A stretch of DNA of 64,000 bases from Anolis carolinensis. Its lineage: Eukaryota. This document shows positions 39,358 through 51,926 of the stretch, one piece after another; position 1 is the first letter of the stretch; each line of letters starts with the position of its first letter. The notes below the pieces were generated by a model. It made no database searches. It was not told the origin of the DNA and saw only the letters and a program-made list of their open reading frames with translations. The stretch lies in NCBI RefSeq assembly GCF_035594765.1, contig NW_026943819.1, positions 18,712,703 to 18,776,702 on the forward strand. Reading direction: 5' to 3'. A program made the position numbers and the translations under genes.

Positions 39358-40276
39358 TGCACTACAAACTAGAGCTGACAGCTGGCACAACAAAACATTG
39401 CATGGAAAGTTCCTTGACAAAATTGAAGGAAAAGCTGATAAGGAGAAGACCTGGCTCTGGCTAACAAATGGGACCCTGAAGAAGGAGACAGAAGGCCTGA
39501 TCCTTGCAGTCCCTTCGGGGAGATGGGGCGGGGTATAAAAATAAAGTTATTATTATTATTATCATAGCCCAGGAGCAAGCCATCAGAACAAAGGCAATTA
39601 AGGCCAAGATCGAAAAATCAGCTGATGACCTAAAATGCAGACTGTGCAAGGAAACCGACGAAACCATTGATCATATTCTCAGCTGCTGTAAGAAAATCGC
39701 ACAGACAGACTACAAACAGAGGCACAACTCCATGGCCCAAATGATCCATTGGAACTTATGCCTCAAGGACCACCTCCCAGCAGCAAAGAACTGGTGGGAT
39801 CACAAACCTGCAAAAGTATTGGAAAATGATCACGCAAAGATACTGTGGGACTTCCGAATCCAGACTGACAAGGTTCTGGAACACAACACACCAGACATCA
39901 CAGTTGTGGAAAAGAAAAAGGTTTGGATCATTGATGTTGCCATCCCAGGTGACAGTCGCATTGACGAAAAACAACAGGAAAAACTCAGCTGCTATCAGGA
40001 CCTCAAGATTGAACTTCAAAGACTCTGGCAGAAACCAGTACAGGTGGTCCCGGTGGTGATGGGCACATTGGGTGCCGTGCCAAAAGATCTCAGCTGGCAT
40101 TTGGAAACAATAGACATTGACAAAATTACGATCTGCCAACTGCAAAAGGCCACCCTACTGGGATCTGCATGCATCATCCGAAAATACATCACACAGTCCT
40201 AAACGCTTGGGAAGTGTTCGACTTGTGATTTTGTGATATGAAATCCAGCATGTCTATCTTTTTTGCTGTGTCATAC
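39358..40276 (+). mobile_element. R4/Dong-clade retrotransposon, 5'-truncated, with 58-bp insertion
   Basis: CRLCKETDETIDHILSCC zinc knuckle, RHN, PDI..D..EK endonuclease in ORF 39504-40202. Confidence 0.93.
39510..39567 (+). mobile_element. Minimal L2-like 3' tail inserted into R4
   Basis: tcccttcggggagatggggcggggtataaaaataaag(tta)n interrupts cttgcag|cccaggagc, which is contiguous in other copies. Confidence 0.85.
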
Positions 40277-40293
40277 AATAAAATAATAATAAA

Positions 40294-40294
<1 letters not shown>

Positions 40295-40344
<50 letters not shown>

Positions 40345-40712
40345 TTATTTTTATACCCCACCTCCATCTCCCCAGGCGGACTCGGGGCGGCTTACAAATA
40401 CAAAATGAACATACAATAATATCAATACTAAGAAACACGCAAATGAAAATTAAAAGGCATAAAATAAATTACAATCGTTTCTCAAACACAAGTTAAAACG
40501 CAACGATAAAAACATAAAATGAACTCGGCAAAAGTGCACTGAGTGAGACTTGTAAACATGAAGGAAGTTAAAGTGCTCTAAAATCATGGGGAGAACCTTA
40601 AAATGGGGTGAACCCTGAGGTAACCATGCAGGTGCAACCAATCAGAGGTAACTGCTAGTATGAAAATTTAATGTACAATGGGCGGTAGTTATTTAAAAGC
40701 CTGGGCGAAGAG
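40295..40712 (-). mobile_element. L2 LINE 3' fragment with (TAA)n tail
   Basis: Minus strand LFAQAFK* at 40712-40689, UTR, gtaagccgccccgagtcc stem-loop. Confidence 0.78.
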
Positions 40713-41380
40713 CATAACCCTCCTGGGGTGAACCCCTGCGTTCTAGCATGTCTAAAAACCCCGGGTTTATGTTTCAGGTGTTTAATATATATTTAAAGCA
40801 CACACATTTTCCGTCAGGCACTTCTCAAATATTTTTATTCCCTCCCACCCCCCACCCTATAAATATTTGAGGAAGTGTATGCTGAGATGACTCAATTGAC
40901 TCCTGATGGAAAATTGATTCCTCACACATTTGTTAACTCCAGTATGAGGTTAACATGTCTCATCAGGTCCAGATCTCTATTATGCAGTTACCTGTTTCAT
41001 GAACACTTGTTTGCAGAGCAGTTAATACCAAAACTGCTACATCAAGACTCCTAAGATTTAATTGCATGCGTTCGTGAAGCACTTTGGCCTTTTAAAATAA
41101 AAAGGTGCTAGAGAAGGGCAAAGTGTCATTACCAGCTGCAGATAAACCCTTAATAATCTTCTCTTGGCACGGACTGGGTGTCTTTTAATACCATCTCTGT
41201 ATAGCAATAGTTCCTGATTATGGCACATCTGGGAGTCGGGTAATATAGCACATTCCTAGGAAAAGGAAGGGCGAGAAGGATCAACTCTGATATAATTATT
41301 TATATTCCCATGTTCATCCCTTTCTAGGAATATTGGCTTCCTGGTGTCAAAATACAGTTTATAAAGGCTAAGGATAAATA

Positions 41381-41703
41381 CAGTAGAGTCTTGCTTATCC
41401 AACGTAAACAGGCCGGCACAACGTTGGATAAGTGAATATGTTGGATAATTAGGAGAGATTAAGGAAAAGCCTATTAAACATCAAATTAGGTTATGATTTT
41501 ACAAATTAAGCACCAAAACATCAGGTTATACAACACATTTGACAAAAAAAGTAGTTCAATACACAGTAATGCTATGTAGTAATTACTGTATTTACGAATT
41601 TAGCACCAAAATATCATGATGTATTGAAAACATTGACTACAAAAATGTGTTGGATAATCCAGAACGTTGGATAAGCGAGTGTTGGATAAGTGAGACTCTA
41701 CTG
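41381..41703 (+). mobile_element. Tc1/mariner MITE (CAGTAGAG family)
   Basis: TIRs and TA TSD. Confidence 0.92.
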
Positions 41704-41777
41704 TACCACCCAACAATTGGATTTCCTGGAAAGCTACTCCCTAGCAGGTTTAGCATAGTGGCAATGAGTCTGAACTA

Positions 41778-42110
41778 CAGTAGAGTCTCACTTATCCAAC
41801 ATTCACTTATCCAACATTCTGGATTATCCAACGCAGGCTGCCTTTTAGTAGTCAATGTTTTTGTAGTAAATGTTGCAATGTTTTGGTGCTAAATTCGTAA
41901 ATACGGTAATTAGTACATAACATTCCTGTGTATTGAACTGCTTTTTCTGTCATATTTGTTGTAGAACATGATGTTTTGGTGCTTAATTTGTAAAATCATA
42001 ATGTAATTTGATGTTTAATAGGATTTCCTTAATCTCTCCTTATTATCCAACATATTTGCTTATCCAACGTTCAGCCAGCCAGTTTATGTTGGATAAGTGA
42101 GACTCTACTG
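41778..42110 (-). mobile_element. Tc1/mariner MITE (CAGTAGAG family, variant)
   Basis: TIRs and TA TSD; inverted relative to 41381. Confidence 0.9.
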
Positions 42111-42591
42111 TACAACTAAGGAGTAAAAATCAACAGGCAATGAGTATCAGATTTGTAGAATAGTTTCAGTACTTGTATGTTTAGAAGATGTATATTTATG
42201 ATGGTGCCAGTTTTGTGTGTGTGTTTCAGATTTGGTTGTGTCAGATGTAGTAGTTTTAGTGTTATATATCACAATTTTTTTCTTTGTATTGTTTTTTCTT
42301 CACTTCATAATAAAAAAAAGTATTAACAAAGTATCCACCACAAATTTACCTCTCAGCTTCAGTTTTCCCAACTGTAGTAACAAAGATAATGGAACTGATT
42401 ACAGAGTAGTTGTCAGAAGTCCAACCACACAAGGCTCATGAAGACTTGGCAGATTTGGAAGCACCATGATAAATACTTTTCAGTTCCATAGGGCTTTCAT
42501 GTATATCTAGTTACAAGCATTTCCTGTACTTTATCAATGGAATCCGCAATGCAATGTACTACAGAGTTTATTCAAAATTAATATCTAGAGG

Positions 42592-42728
42592 GTTTTTTTC
42601 GTGTCAGGAGCAACTTGAGTCACTTCTGGAGTGAGAGAATTGGCCGTCTGCAAGGACGTTGCCCAGGGGACGCCCAGATGTTTTGATGTTTTTACCATCC
42701 TTGTGGGAAGCTTCTCTCATGTCCCTGC
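42592..42728 (-). mobile_element. 5'-truncated A-tailed SINE (family of 55781)
   Basis: gttgctcctgacacgaaaaaaa on minus strand; TSD ATCTAGAGG. Confidence 0.85.
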
Positions 42729-43959
42729 ATCTAGAGGTTAGGAAGGCTATTATACACCTCCTAGTATCTATGATGGCTGGGAGCTTCTGAGAGATATAAT
42801 CCAAATAAACAACTTCTCCATGATTCTATAACCCATACAACAGCCCTGTGAAGACAGATTCTCTTGGCATCTGTATAGACTTCCCTCTTCCTCTAATGAA
42901 GGAAGGAGTTGTTCAAAGTGTACGTCAGTTTCTTTTCCAGCTTTCCTGTGTTTGCAGGACTTTATAAACATACTCCAAACATAATCCCAAAGAAATGAAG
43001 GCTAATGATAAAGATGCCAACACAATGGGACCAAGCAAATATTATTCTTAGATGTCAACTGGGCCTCTTGAGAAAGATATTTTGATCCCTTGTTGTCATC
43101 TATTTTTGTCCCCTTGTGACATCTAATCAATCAAGGTATGTTTCTTGGAGAGCCTGAAGAAAACTCTTTGGGATACAGTTCATTTACCTTCCCTGCCATG
43201 ACCAACCGCAAGACATTTTGAGATTGGAGAGATGCCAGAGGTGGGGGCAACAGATGACAAATGAAGTCATCTGAGGAAGGGAAATGGGACCACCCCCAAC
43301 CTCATGCCCTATCTCCTTTATATTTTAAAAAACATATAGTTTTGATGGCTAATCACAGAGTGCTGAGCCGTGAGGTCTATCCATTATCAAAAGGCTGCTT
43401 AACACAGAAACTGGGAGGCAGACTAGGAGCCTGACTTCATAAATCAAAGCTTGACAAGCACTCCCAAACTGATATAAAATAGTCCTTCTAACGTCTGTGG
43501 CCTGCATACACTCTATTCATTTTACTTTCTAAAATAATAGATGAATAGCAATCAAAAACAATCTATTCCCCTCTGGCAGGAGTCTCATGTCTTCATTTTT
43601 CAAATGGGCAATGATGTTGACTGAACAATGGTGAGTAAGTGAGGCAGGGCATGAGCAAGGAGCATCTACGTGAGGGACAACTGGCGATTAAGATGACACC
43701 AGGTCGTCTTGTGTCTCATGCACTCTTAAACACTAAAAACACATCTCCCTGTGCAAATATGTTCAGCTTAATTAAATACTTTGGGACAAGGAGCTCCACA
43801 GATAAATTGATGCTCTCCAGCTTTTGAATGCATCACACACTGATAGAGTCAGGGTCCTGAGCTGCATTTAGGAGATACAGAATTAATCTCTAGGGTTTTC
43901 AGGGTTTAAACTCAAGAACAGGAAAAATATACATATTCTTATTTGTATATTAGATACTG

Positions 43960-44161
43960 GTTGTTGAGGTTGGTCTGATGCACTTTTATAAATTTTTTTT
44001 ATAAAATGCTGTATTTCAATGTTTTAATTAGACTGTTATATGTTATGTTTTTAATTATGTTTTAGCTGGTAAATTTTGTTGTATGTTCTGAGCTTGGTCC
44101 CGCACGTAAGCCGCCCCGAGTCCCTTTGGGGAGATGGTGCTGGGGTATAAAAATTAAGTTG

Positions 44162-44219
<58 letters not shown>

Positions 44220-44232
44220 TACTACTACTACT
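43960..44232 (+). mobile_element. L2-like 3' end with (TTA)n tail
   Basis: gtaagccgccccgagtccctttggggagatgg...(tta)n. Confidence 0.75.
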
Positions 44233-44344
44233 TGCACAGAACAACAGCAGTGATGCTGGTGCAATCTGCCCATAATTACTAGTTATGCATCAAATCACTT
44301 TGCAGCAAAAATCCTCAACCATCACATGCAGTATCAATATGTAT

Positions 44345-44478
44345 CACACATGGGCAAACTTGGGCCCTCCAGATGTTTTGGACTTCAACTCCCAGAAATC
44401 CCAGTCAGTTTACCAGCTGTTAGGAATGTAGGAGTTGAAGTCCAGAACACCTGGAGGGCTGAAGTTTGCCCGTGCCTG
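44345..44478. mobile_element. hAT-type MITE
   Basis: CA..CATGGGCAAACTT TIRs; TSD ATAT(G/A)TAT. Confidence 0.85.
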
Positions 44479-44508
44479 ATATATATGCTTTCTTGAGGAC
44501 CTCAGAGT

Positions 44509-44552
<44 letters not shown>

Positions 44553-44604
44553 TTAATTACTTATTAATCGCCCTCCATCCACGATGCTCTAGGCGATTTA
44601 CAAG
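44509..44604 (-). repeat. (ATC)n microsatellite with L2-like tail
   Basis: Minus strand tgtaaatcgcctagagc...gggcg followed by (GAT)n. Confidence 0.6.
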
Positions 44605-46335
44605 ATAAAATTATCTTCCTGCATTTCAGATTTTGTGCAAACAAAGGATTCTAGAATCCTTCCAGATATATTGTCAAGTTGTACTTTTGTCTTATTTATC
44701 AACAAGGTTCAGTTTTGAAAAGAGAGACACTTATACATAATAGGTTTCAAGTGGAAAACCCAAGCAGGAGACTCTAGTTTCTTGGCTAGAGTACTGAGGG
44801 TATTCACAACATAAGGTTGTTATACTTTGGCTTCCCCAAAGAGTCTCTACAAATGAAAATGCCTTCTTTTCCTGGGGATAGAGAATTAAGTTAGCACTCT
44901 CAAGCTAGCTTTTTTAAAAAAATAATTTCGCACAGCTCACAGATTTAACATATTCACAGAGCAATGTTGTTTCTTTCCTTATAAAAGAGAGTTTTGCCTG
45001 CTATCAATTTCAATCAAATTATATGCAATACAGGACTGCAAAAAAGAAGGCTTAAATTGCTTTGTCTGTTTCTTCCCACACTCCACCTTCAGCTTTCAGA
45101 AGGAATAAGGCTTGATCTTTTCAAATGTAAATCAAGCAATTTGCAAAAAATATGTATTTTGGCATTTATGCAATGCAGCTTTCAAAACAAACCTGGGATT
45201 TTATTGATTTTGTGAACTGTCATCTAAATGAGTTATCTATGGCTGGTAATTTGCAGCATTAATGAGAAAGGAATCTTTTCATTTATAATGACTAGTTTGA
45301 AAAAAAATCCCCCCCACACACATATTAAAAAACCCACCCAAACTCCTGAGCTTGCATGATTTTGTTGTTTGGAACCTCCCACCTTCCTGTTTTTTAACAA
45401 ATAGAAAAAAGCAATTGAACATAACTATTGTGGAAGATATGAAGTTGTAATTTTCAAACTTTGCCTTGACTATCAGCCTACACATAATAGCATGTGCTGC
45501 ACTTTCACAAAGAAAACTCCACATACTTAAAGTCAGCCTCTCCATCACATTCTCACCGATGGATTATGAACTAGAGGGTAATATCCAATTATTAGGGATG
45601 TGTGATCCATAAAAAAGTTCAAAAGTCATTAAAACTTGGGGACACTGGCATTTCATTTCTAAAGTGTTTCTAAAATATAGTTAGTGAAAAATTTGTTACT
45701 ATAATGAGAGTAACGAAATTTCATTACTATTTCGTTATAACAATTGCACGTAATTACTATTATCAGGGAAAATTCAGGGGCTCCTTCTTCCTTCATTTCT
45801 ATAGCTATTGGGGTGAAACATGCTACAATGGTAAACCACATTTATAAACAACATTTTTAATAATAAAGAAAATATGTTCCTAATTTGACAGTATCATGTC
45901 CAGTTTAATTGTATAGTCTTTACTTTGAAAGTAGTGGTTCTACACCAGGAACTTTGTTTTTGCTCCAAAAGCTTTGTTAAATAGGTGGATGACGATGTTA
46001 AGTTAGTAGACTGGAAACAACAGCAAAATGTGCTATAACACATTGTCCCTCGTGCAAAGACAAAGTTTTTGCAGTTTAATAAACTTTCAGCATGTTTTTG
46101 TGATAGAACCAATTAGGAAATGACATTTATAATCCAGGAACAAAAAAATAATAATTTATTGGAACTCTGGCTCACTACAGAGGGTCAAATCTCTCTGATG
46201 GTGAGCAGTGCACTACATTCTGAGAAATGTAGTTTAGGGCAGGGCATAGGACTCCTTCCTTCCAAACTACATTTCCCAGGGTTCTGTGCTGTTCACGTAA
46301 AACACTTAACATCATCACCCACCCATTTAACAAAC

Positions 46336-46497
46336 TTTTATTATAATGTTTATGTTATTGTCATTTTATACTCTTGATATTAATGAAGAAATTGGGGCAT
46401 TGAATGTTTGCCATTTATATGTATCTTAACCGCCCTGAGTCCCTCTGAGGAGAGAGGGAAGTCTAGAAATAAAGTTTTTATTATTATTATTATTATT

Positions 46498-46530
<33 letters not shown>
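46336..46530 (+). mobile_element. L2-like 3' end, near-identical to 2934-3101
   Basis: Direct sequence match. Confidence 0.85.
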
Positions 46531-46532
<2 letters not shown>

Positions 46533-46751
46533 ATGACACAGCAAACAAGATAGATATGCTGGATTTCATATCACAAAATCACAAGTCGAACACTTCCCAA
46601 GTGTCTAGGACTGTGTGATGTATTTTCGGATGATGCGTGCAGATCCCAGTAGGGTGGCCTTTTGCAGTTGGCAGATCATAATTTTGTCAATGTCCATTGT
46701 TTCCAAATGCCGGCTGAGATCTTTTGGCACGGCACCCAGTGTGCCCATCAC

Positions 46752-46753
<2 letters not shown>
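46531..46753 (-). mobile_element. R4/Dong-clade retrotransposon 3' end
   Basis: GTLGAVPKDLSRHL...RKYITQS*; (TTA)n 46754-46806. Confidence 0.9.
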
Positions 46754-46806
<53 letters not shown>

Positions 46807-47044
46807 GACCAATTATAAGAAAGACAGACATGGGTATTTTGGTTTGATTTAAGCAGATTTGGGGATTTAAGGAGATTCAAAATTGGGGATGGAAGCAGTA
46901 ATGACCTTGGTGAACTGGGTGTATGTATATTTTGTTTCTGTGTTGCATATACATGTAACTGAGATATGCAGTTTCAGAATCATGTAGAGTATTTTTTTTT
47001 TTGGTTTTTATTCTTATTTCTTTCTCACCCCAAGTTTTAACTGA

Positions 47045-47238
47045 GTGTTCATGTGGCCCACCCTGTTATATTGCTTTTTTGACTTTGTGTTGTACTGTAC
47101 ATTATTATTTATTGTATTGTTTAATTGTATTATGATATGTTGTTTTTATATTTTGCTATATTGTATTGTCCTGGGCATGGCCCCATGTAAGCCGCCCCGA
47201 GTCCCCGTTGGGGAGATGGTGGCGGGGTATAAATAAAG

Positions 47239-47290
<52 letters not shown>
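47045..47290 (+). mobile_element. L2-like 3' end with (TTA)n tail
   Basis: gtaagccgccccgagtccccgttggggagatggtggcgggg. Confidence 0.75.
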
Positions 47291-48618
47291 TCTTCAAACA
47301 CAGTGTCCTTTCATAGCAGGTTTCCAGGAGGACCCTGCCTTATTCCCAGCTCTGGCCAACTCTCATTGCAGTGTGCTGGACTTCTGTGGCACACCTCGAA
47401 CTTCTGCAAGCTTCCCTACAAAGTCACTACCACCTACTTCTTTGTGGAGGGAAGAAAGGGGCCTGGTGCAAGGTGTTAGAAGCATGAAAACTGCCTGAGC
47501 GGAGGGCTTTTACAGCCAATAAGGGAATAGGAGCAACTTAAGCTGTCATATTCTTTTCCGAGGCTTACTTAATTGGGAGGATTTTTCCTTTGGGAAATGG
47601 AACCACTGGTAATGTATGGAATGCCTCTCTGACCCAAATATGTCAGCTTTGGCTGGGGAGACAGAATGAGTGAATTCAAGGGCACCCTTGGGAAATAAAG
47701 AGGGGAAAAGAAAATTAGGGATGATTTCCCACACGCACACACTTACGCACACTCACACATTTTTCCCTTGCGTCTAAGCCCTTAGTCCCAAGCCTTACTT
47801 TGGCTATTATTGCAGTAGCACAAAGGACCAGGGAAAGAGTCTAGTTTCTCTGCTCTCTCTCTCAGTGTAAGGGTTTTTTTTTTTTTTTTGGAGGGAGGGG
47901 GTAGTGTTGTCATTACTGTTGCTGCTTTTCCATTCCATACATCATTTACAACTTTCTGTCATGATTTGCCAGTGCTGGTTTATCTCCTTAACATGCAGAC
48001 AACAAAATAAAAATGTCAAAGTAGAGTCAGAGCTACTGGGAAGTAAATGTACACTAATATACTGGTATATTGAGATCTCTCTTTCATGTTATGAATCAAA
48101 AACCTAGTTTGAGAAATACCACAATGCAAAAAAAAATCCCTAGGGATGGAAAATGGTTTCTCATTAATATTTTTCTCCTGGCTTCAATCAGTTCATAGTT
48201 GTCTATGGTTACTTATGAAATGAAAGTTCAGGAGTTGTCAAAATATATAAATGAAGATGCTTGCTAGCAGCAACTGGTGGTTTCTATGTCAGTGGGAAAG
48301 CGAAGGTGCTCTAAGGTAAGTACACCAATCCTACTTCTATTTTGGACCTGAATTCCCAGAAGTCCAAGGAAGTATAATCATTGCTCAGAGTTTGAGAGCT
48401 AGTGCAGTCTGGTGGTGTTTCATGTGTTTTTGTCCTCATGTGTTTTTGACTTCACATTCCTGACATTTGACTAAGTTGGCTAGGGATTCTGGAAATTGAA
48501 GTTCAAAACACTTGGAGAACTAAAGTTTGGGAACCACTGGTTCGGGATTTAAAGAACATAGACAAGGTGCTGGACTCTATCCCCTAAAAAAGGTCCAGGG
48601 CCTTGGTTTACTCCAGAC

Positions 48619-49698
48619 TAAACCCAAACTTCTGCCAACGTAGCAGTTCGAAAACATGCAAATGTGAGTAGATCAATAGGTACTGCTTCAGTGGTGTGAT
48701 GACTCATGGGCCTTGTAGTCCTGTTCCTAGTACTATTGTGGCAGACGAAGAGGAAAACATGGGATTTCCGCCGGTTCAACCAGAGCCGGAGCCTCTCCAC
48801 CTGGAGGATGTTTGCCCTCAAGAATTCAGCCAAACAGGCCTTGGGCAGAACTCCCCCCCGTTTCCTCGGAGGGACAATTATAATAGAGATAGAGGAGTCA
48901 GAGAGGCTAATCGCCGGAGCCTGAGAATCGCTGCCAAACAACTAGCTGATTAGGTCTGCTTCCCTTGGGAAATTCTAAGGAGTCATGCATCTGGACAGAG
49001 TTGGGTTTCGCTTCTCGTTCTCTAGGGAAAGTGTTCTGTTGGCGGGAAAACGAGACCCAATATAGGTGCTTGTCGCAAGGGGAACCTTGCGGAGTCAATT
49101 GATCAGCTTGAGGAGAGAGATCGTGTGTGGACTTCGTAACCCCAGTTCCTTGCTTCCCGGATCAAGTTCCAAGCCTGCCTTGTTTCACGTTTGCCACGGA
49201 CCTTGTTCATGCTTCATGTTTGCCTCGTTTCAAGTCTTTGATCTAGCCAAGAATCAAGTTTATTTTCCAGCCTTGTTGTCAAGCTACATTGGACTTTAAA
49301 GACTCTGTCATTTCCCCACACTTTTGCTTGGCAAAGTGTGTGTTTCGGTCAAGTGGATTAAAACTTTGAACTCTAATATCTTATATTGGACAATACATTT
49401 CTGGACTATATTTGACCTCATCTGAAAGGTCTGCTTCTGAACTATATTCTTCACTTGTTTTTATTGACTTTATATATTTCTTTAATAAAGATATTAGATA
49501 GATTCTGGCCTCTGTGTAAGGTTATTGGTGCTCTGCAGCCTGGGTCCTGACAAGTGGGAAGGTAACAGCACTCTATGCAGTCATGACCTTGGAGGTGTCT
49601 ACGGACAATGCTGGCTCTTTGGCTTAGAAATGGAGATGAGCACCAACCCTCAGAGTCGGACATGACTAAACATCAGGGGAAAACCTTTACCTTTACCT
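48619..49698 (+). mobile_element. Sauria SINE (5'-truncated) split by a solo LTR
   Basis: Halves 48619-48694 and 49553-49698 rejoin as gcttcagtgggaaggtaac. Confidence 0.85.
48695..49552 (+). mobile_element. Solo LTR (858 bp), Ty3/Gypsy- or ERV-type
   Basis: TGTGATGAC...GTCCTGACA; 5-bp TSD AGTGG; AATAAA ~49484; CpG-retaining. Confidence 0.9.
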
Positions 49699-51319
49699 AA
49701 AACCTAAACTGGATTCATCACTCTACTGAGAAGGAAACCTTGGAAATGGGGTGGGAGGAGAGAAGTATCAGATTCGTTTCCTTTTAAAAAATATTCACAG
49801 GTAATTGTATGTGACTCAAAAATGCTTTAGCCAAGAAGAATGTGCAAAATGCAGAAGTTTTAAGTGCATGTTAATATATGCACAAATATTCACTGAGGAA
49901 TATTTCTAAGACACTGCATTGGGTGCATTGAAAGGCCTGGTGGGTTTCCAAGAGACATATTAGTGATAGACTTTCACATCTCTATGCATAGTAAGACTCT
50001 CTGCCCCATTATTTATGAAACATTTGTTCGTCTCAATTTCTCTCATTCACACATTCTAGTTGTAGGTGCATGATATTTGGAAACTAGCCCTAAACATAAG
50101 CTTTATTCTGTGTCCATTGATACAAGAGCAGAGTCTCATAGCCCAGCCTTAAGGCATCCTCAGTCAGGAGATCTGAAGGCCTTTATAGTAAAACATCCCA
50201 AATGGAGGGAAGAAAGGAAGCCAGTGATGCAGACAGGAAAACACACACAACAACAGCATCCTTTCTTCTTGACCCCATGGTGCAGCTCAAGGCTCAGAGA
50301 AAAAAACAGTTCCGCCTCATTGCCGCTTCACAATCCTCTACACTGAATCTCTTCTGGTACCAACAAAGAGAGGCACGTGCCAAGGCTGGCAAGCTTACAG
50401 TTGCACTGACAGATGTTTCTCTCACCTTGCTGCCAATTTAGTTAACAGCCTCCCATCTACTGGAACTGATCAGCCGGGAAGCTAAAGGAGACGTAATAAG
50501 CCATGCAATCTCCTGATACTAAATGCGAGGCAAAGGACAAGGGAACTCGAGATGCACTAGGGCCGTCCTGGCTGGTAGGACCTATGTGTCTTCTGGAAAG
50601 TTCCACACTTGGGGTTTAAAGTGCTCTTGGAGAATGTAAAACACCCACAGTGAAAAGCCTATCAATTCAAAGACATTGGTACAGATCCAACATGATCTAT
50701 TCAGTATTCGAACTATTTGCTGGTTTATCCTTGTTTAGAAATACCAATTGAATGCAGAGATTTAGAATGTGTGTCTCCCCAGATGCTGGTGAATTGGAAT
50801 TCACACTTTTCCTGAGCATGACAAGTCTGTTGGTGGCTTGAAGTCTTAATCTACAAACATACATGGGGAGAGATATTCCCCATCCAACTTTTAACTCATT
50901 TAGTTCATGGCCAATAACCACTATTAATAATCCTGACCCAGCTGTAGTTCTGCAAAACCAGAAAGCCTTGCAGTTGACTGTGCATCCACTGGCATCGTTT
51001 ACTAAGAAGGCAATGTTTTACTTTGAATAAGTACAGCTACAAATATGTTTGCTATAATGATTTTGTTGTTCTCCAACCCTTTGAGGCAACAGTGGGCGAG
51101 CTTTGCTGAACAGTGGTTGATTTATATTGTCGCTTTGATTCTCAACTTCTTATATATTTTCCTGTTGTTAACAACGAGGCCTAAAACTTGTGATAAAGAC
51201 AGAGTCCAGGTTTTCAGGTTTTGACCATGAGATCACGAGACATTCCATGTGCCCTCTTTTCAACCTTTAATCCCTGCCTTGCACACTACGTAAATAAATC
51301 CTTCCAACAAACATTAGAG

Positions 51320-51454
51320 CAGTGGTTCTCAACCTGGCATACCAAGATGTTTTCAGCTTACAACTCCCAGAAATCCCAGTCAGTTTACCAGCTGTTAGGA
51401 TTTCTAGGAGTTGAAGGCCAAAAACATCTGGGGACCCCAGGTTGAGGACCACTG
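51320..51454. mobile_element. hAT-type MITE
   Basis: Same family as 5606. Confidence 0.85.
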
Positions 51455-51493
51455 TGGTAGAGGAATGTTAGACTAGAACTTCAGGAGATAAAT

Positions 51494-51568
51494 CCGCCCC
51501 GATAAGCCGCCCCGAGTCCCCGTTGGGGAGATGGTGGCAGGGTATAAATAAAGTTGTTGTTGTTGTTG

Positions 51569-51626
<58 letters not shown>
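51494..51626 (+). mobile_element. L2-like 3' tail with (GTT)n(ATT)n inside an old SINE
   Basis: taagccgccccgagtccccgttggggagatgg. Confidence 0.75.
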
Positions 51627-51627
<1 letters not shown>

Positions 51628-51926
51628 TCCATATTCCCAATCACCATGGAAGTTCATCAGGTGACTTTGGGTAAGTCACACTCTCCTCAGCTTCACAGGA
51701 AGGTCCTGTGAACCTCCTGTGACCAAATCTTGCCAAGAAAACATCATTATAGGATTGTGTTACAGTTTTCAGAAGTCAGAAACAACTTGAAGGTACACAA
51801 CAATATCAGTACAATACAATGCCCATATCTAGAGACCAGTATTTGCAGTTACATTTGCACACATCCAAGAAAATATTTCCATCTTAGGCATCTTCTGGAT
51901 CCTCCAGAAGTATTATCTACTGTTAT

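Noticed and set aside
39504-40202. Longest ORF (232 aa) as a host or domesticated nuclease gene
   Set aside because: Its N-terminus derives from an L2-tail insertion and the rest is a truncated R4 ORF present in five copies.
48696-48953. 85-aa ORF at the LTR start
   Set aside because: Short, inside a solo LTR, with no gag-like motif.
50421-50600. Minus-strand AAG|GTGAG donor suggesting an exon
   Set aside because: The upstream frames examined contain stops; at most non-coding, and unsupported.
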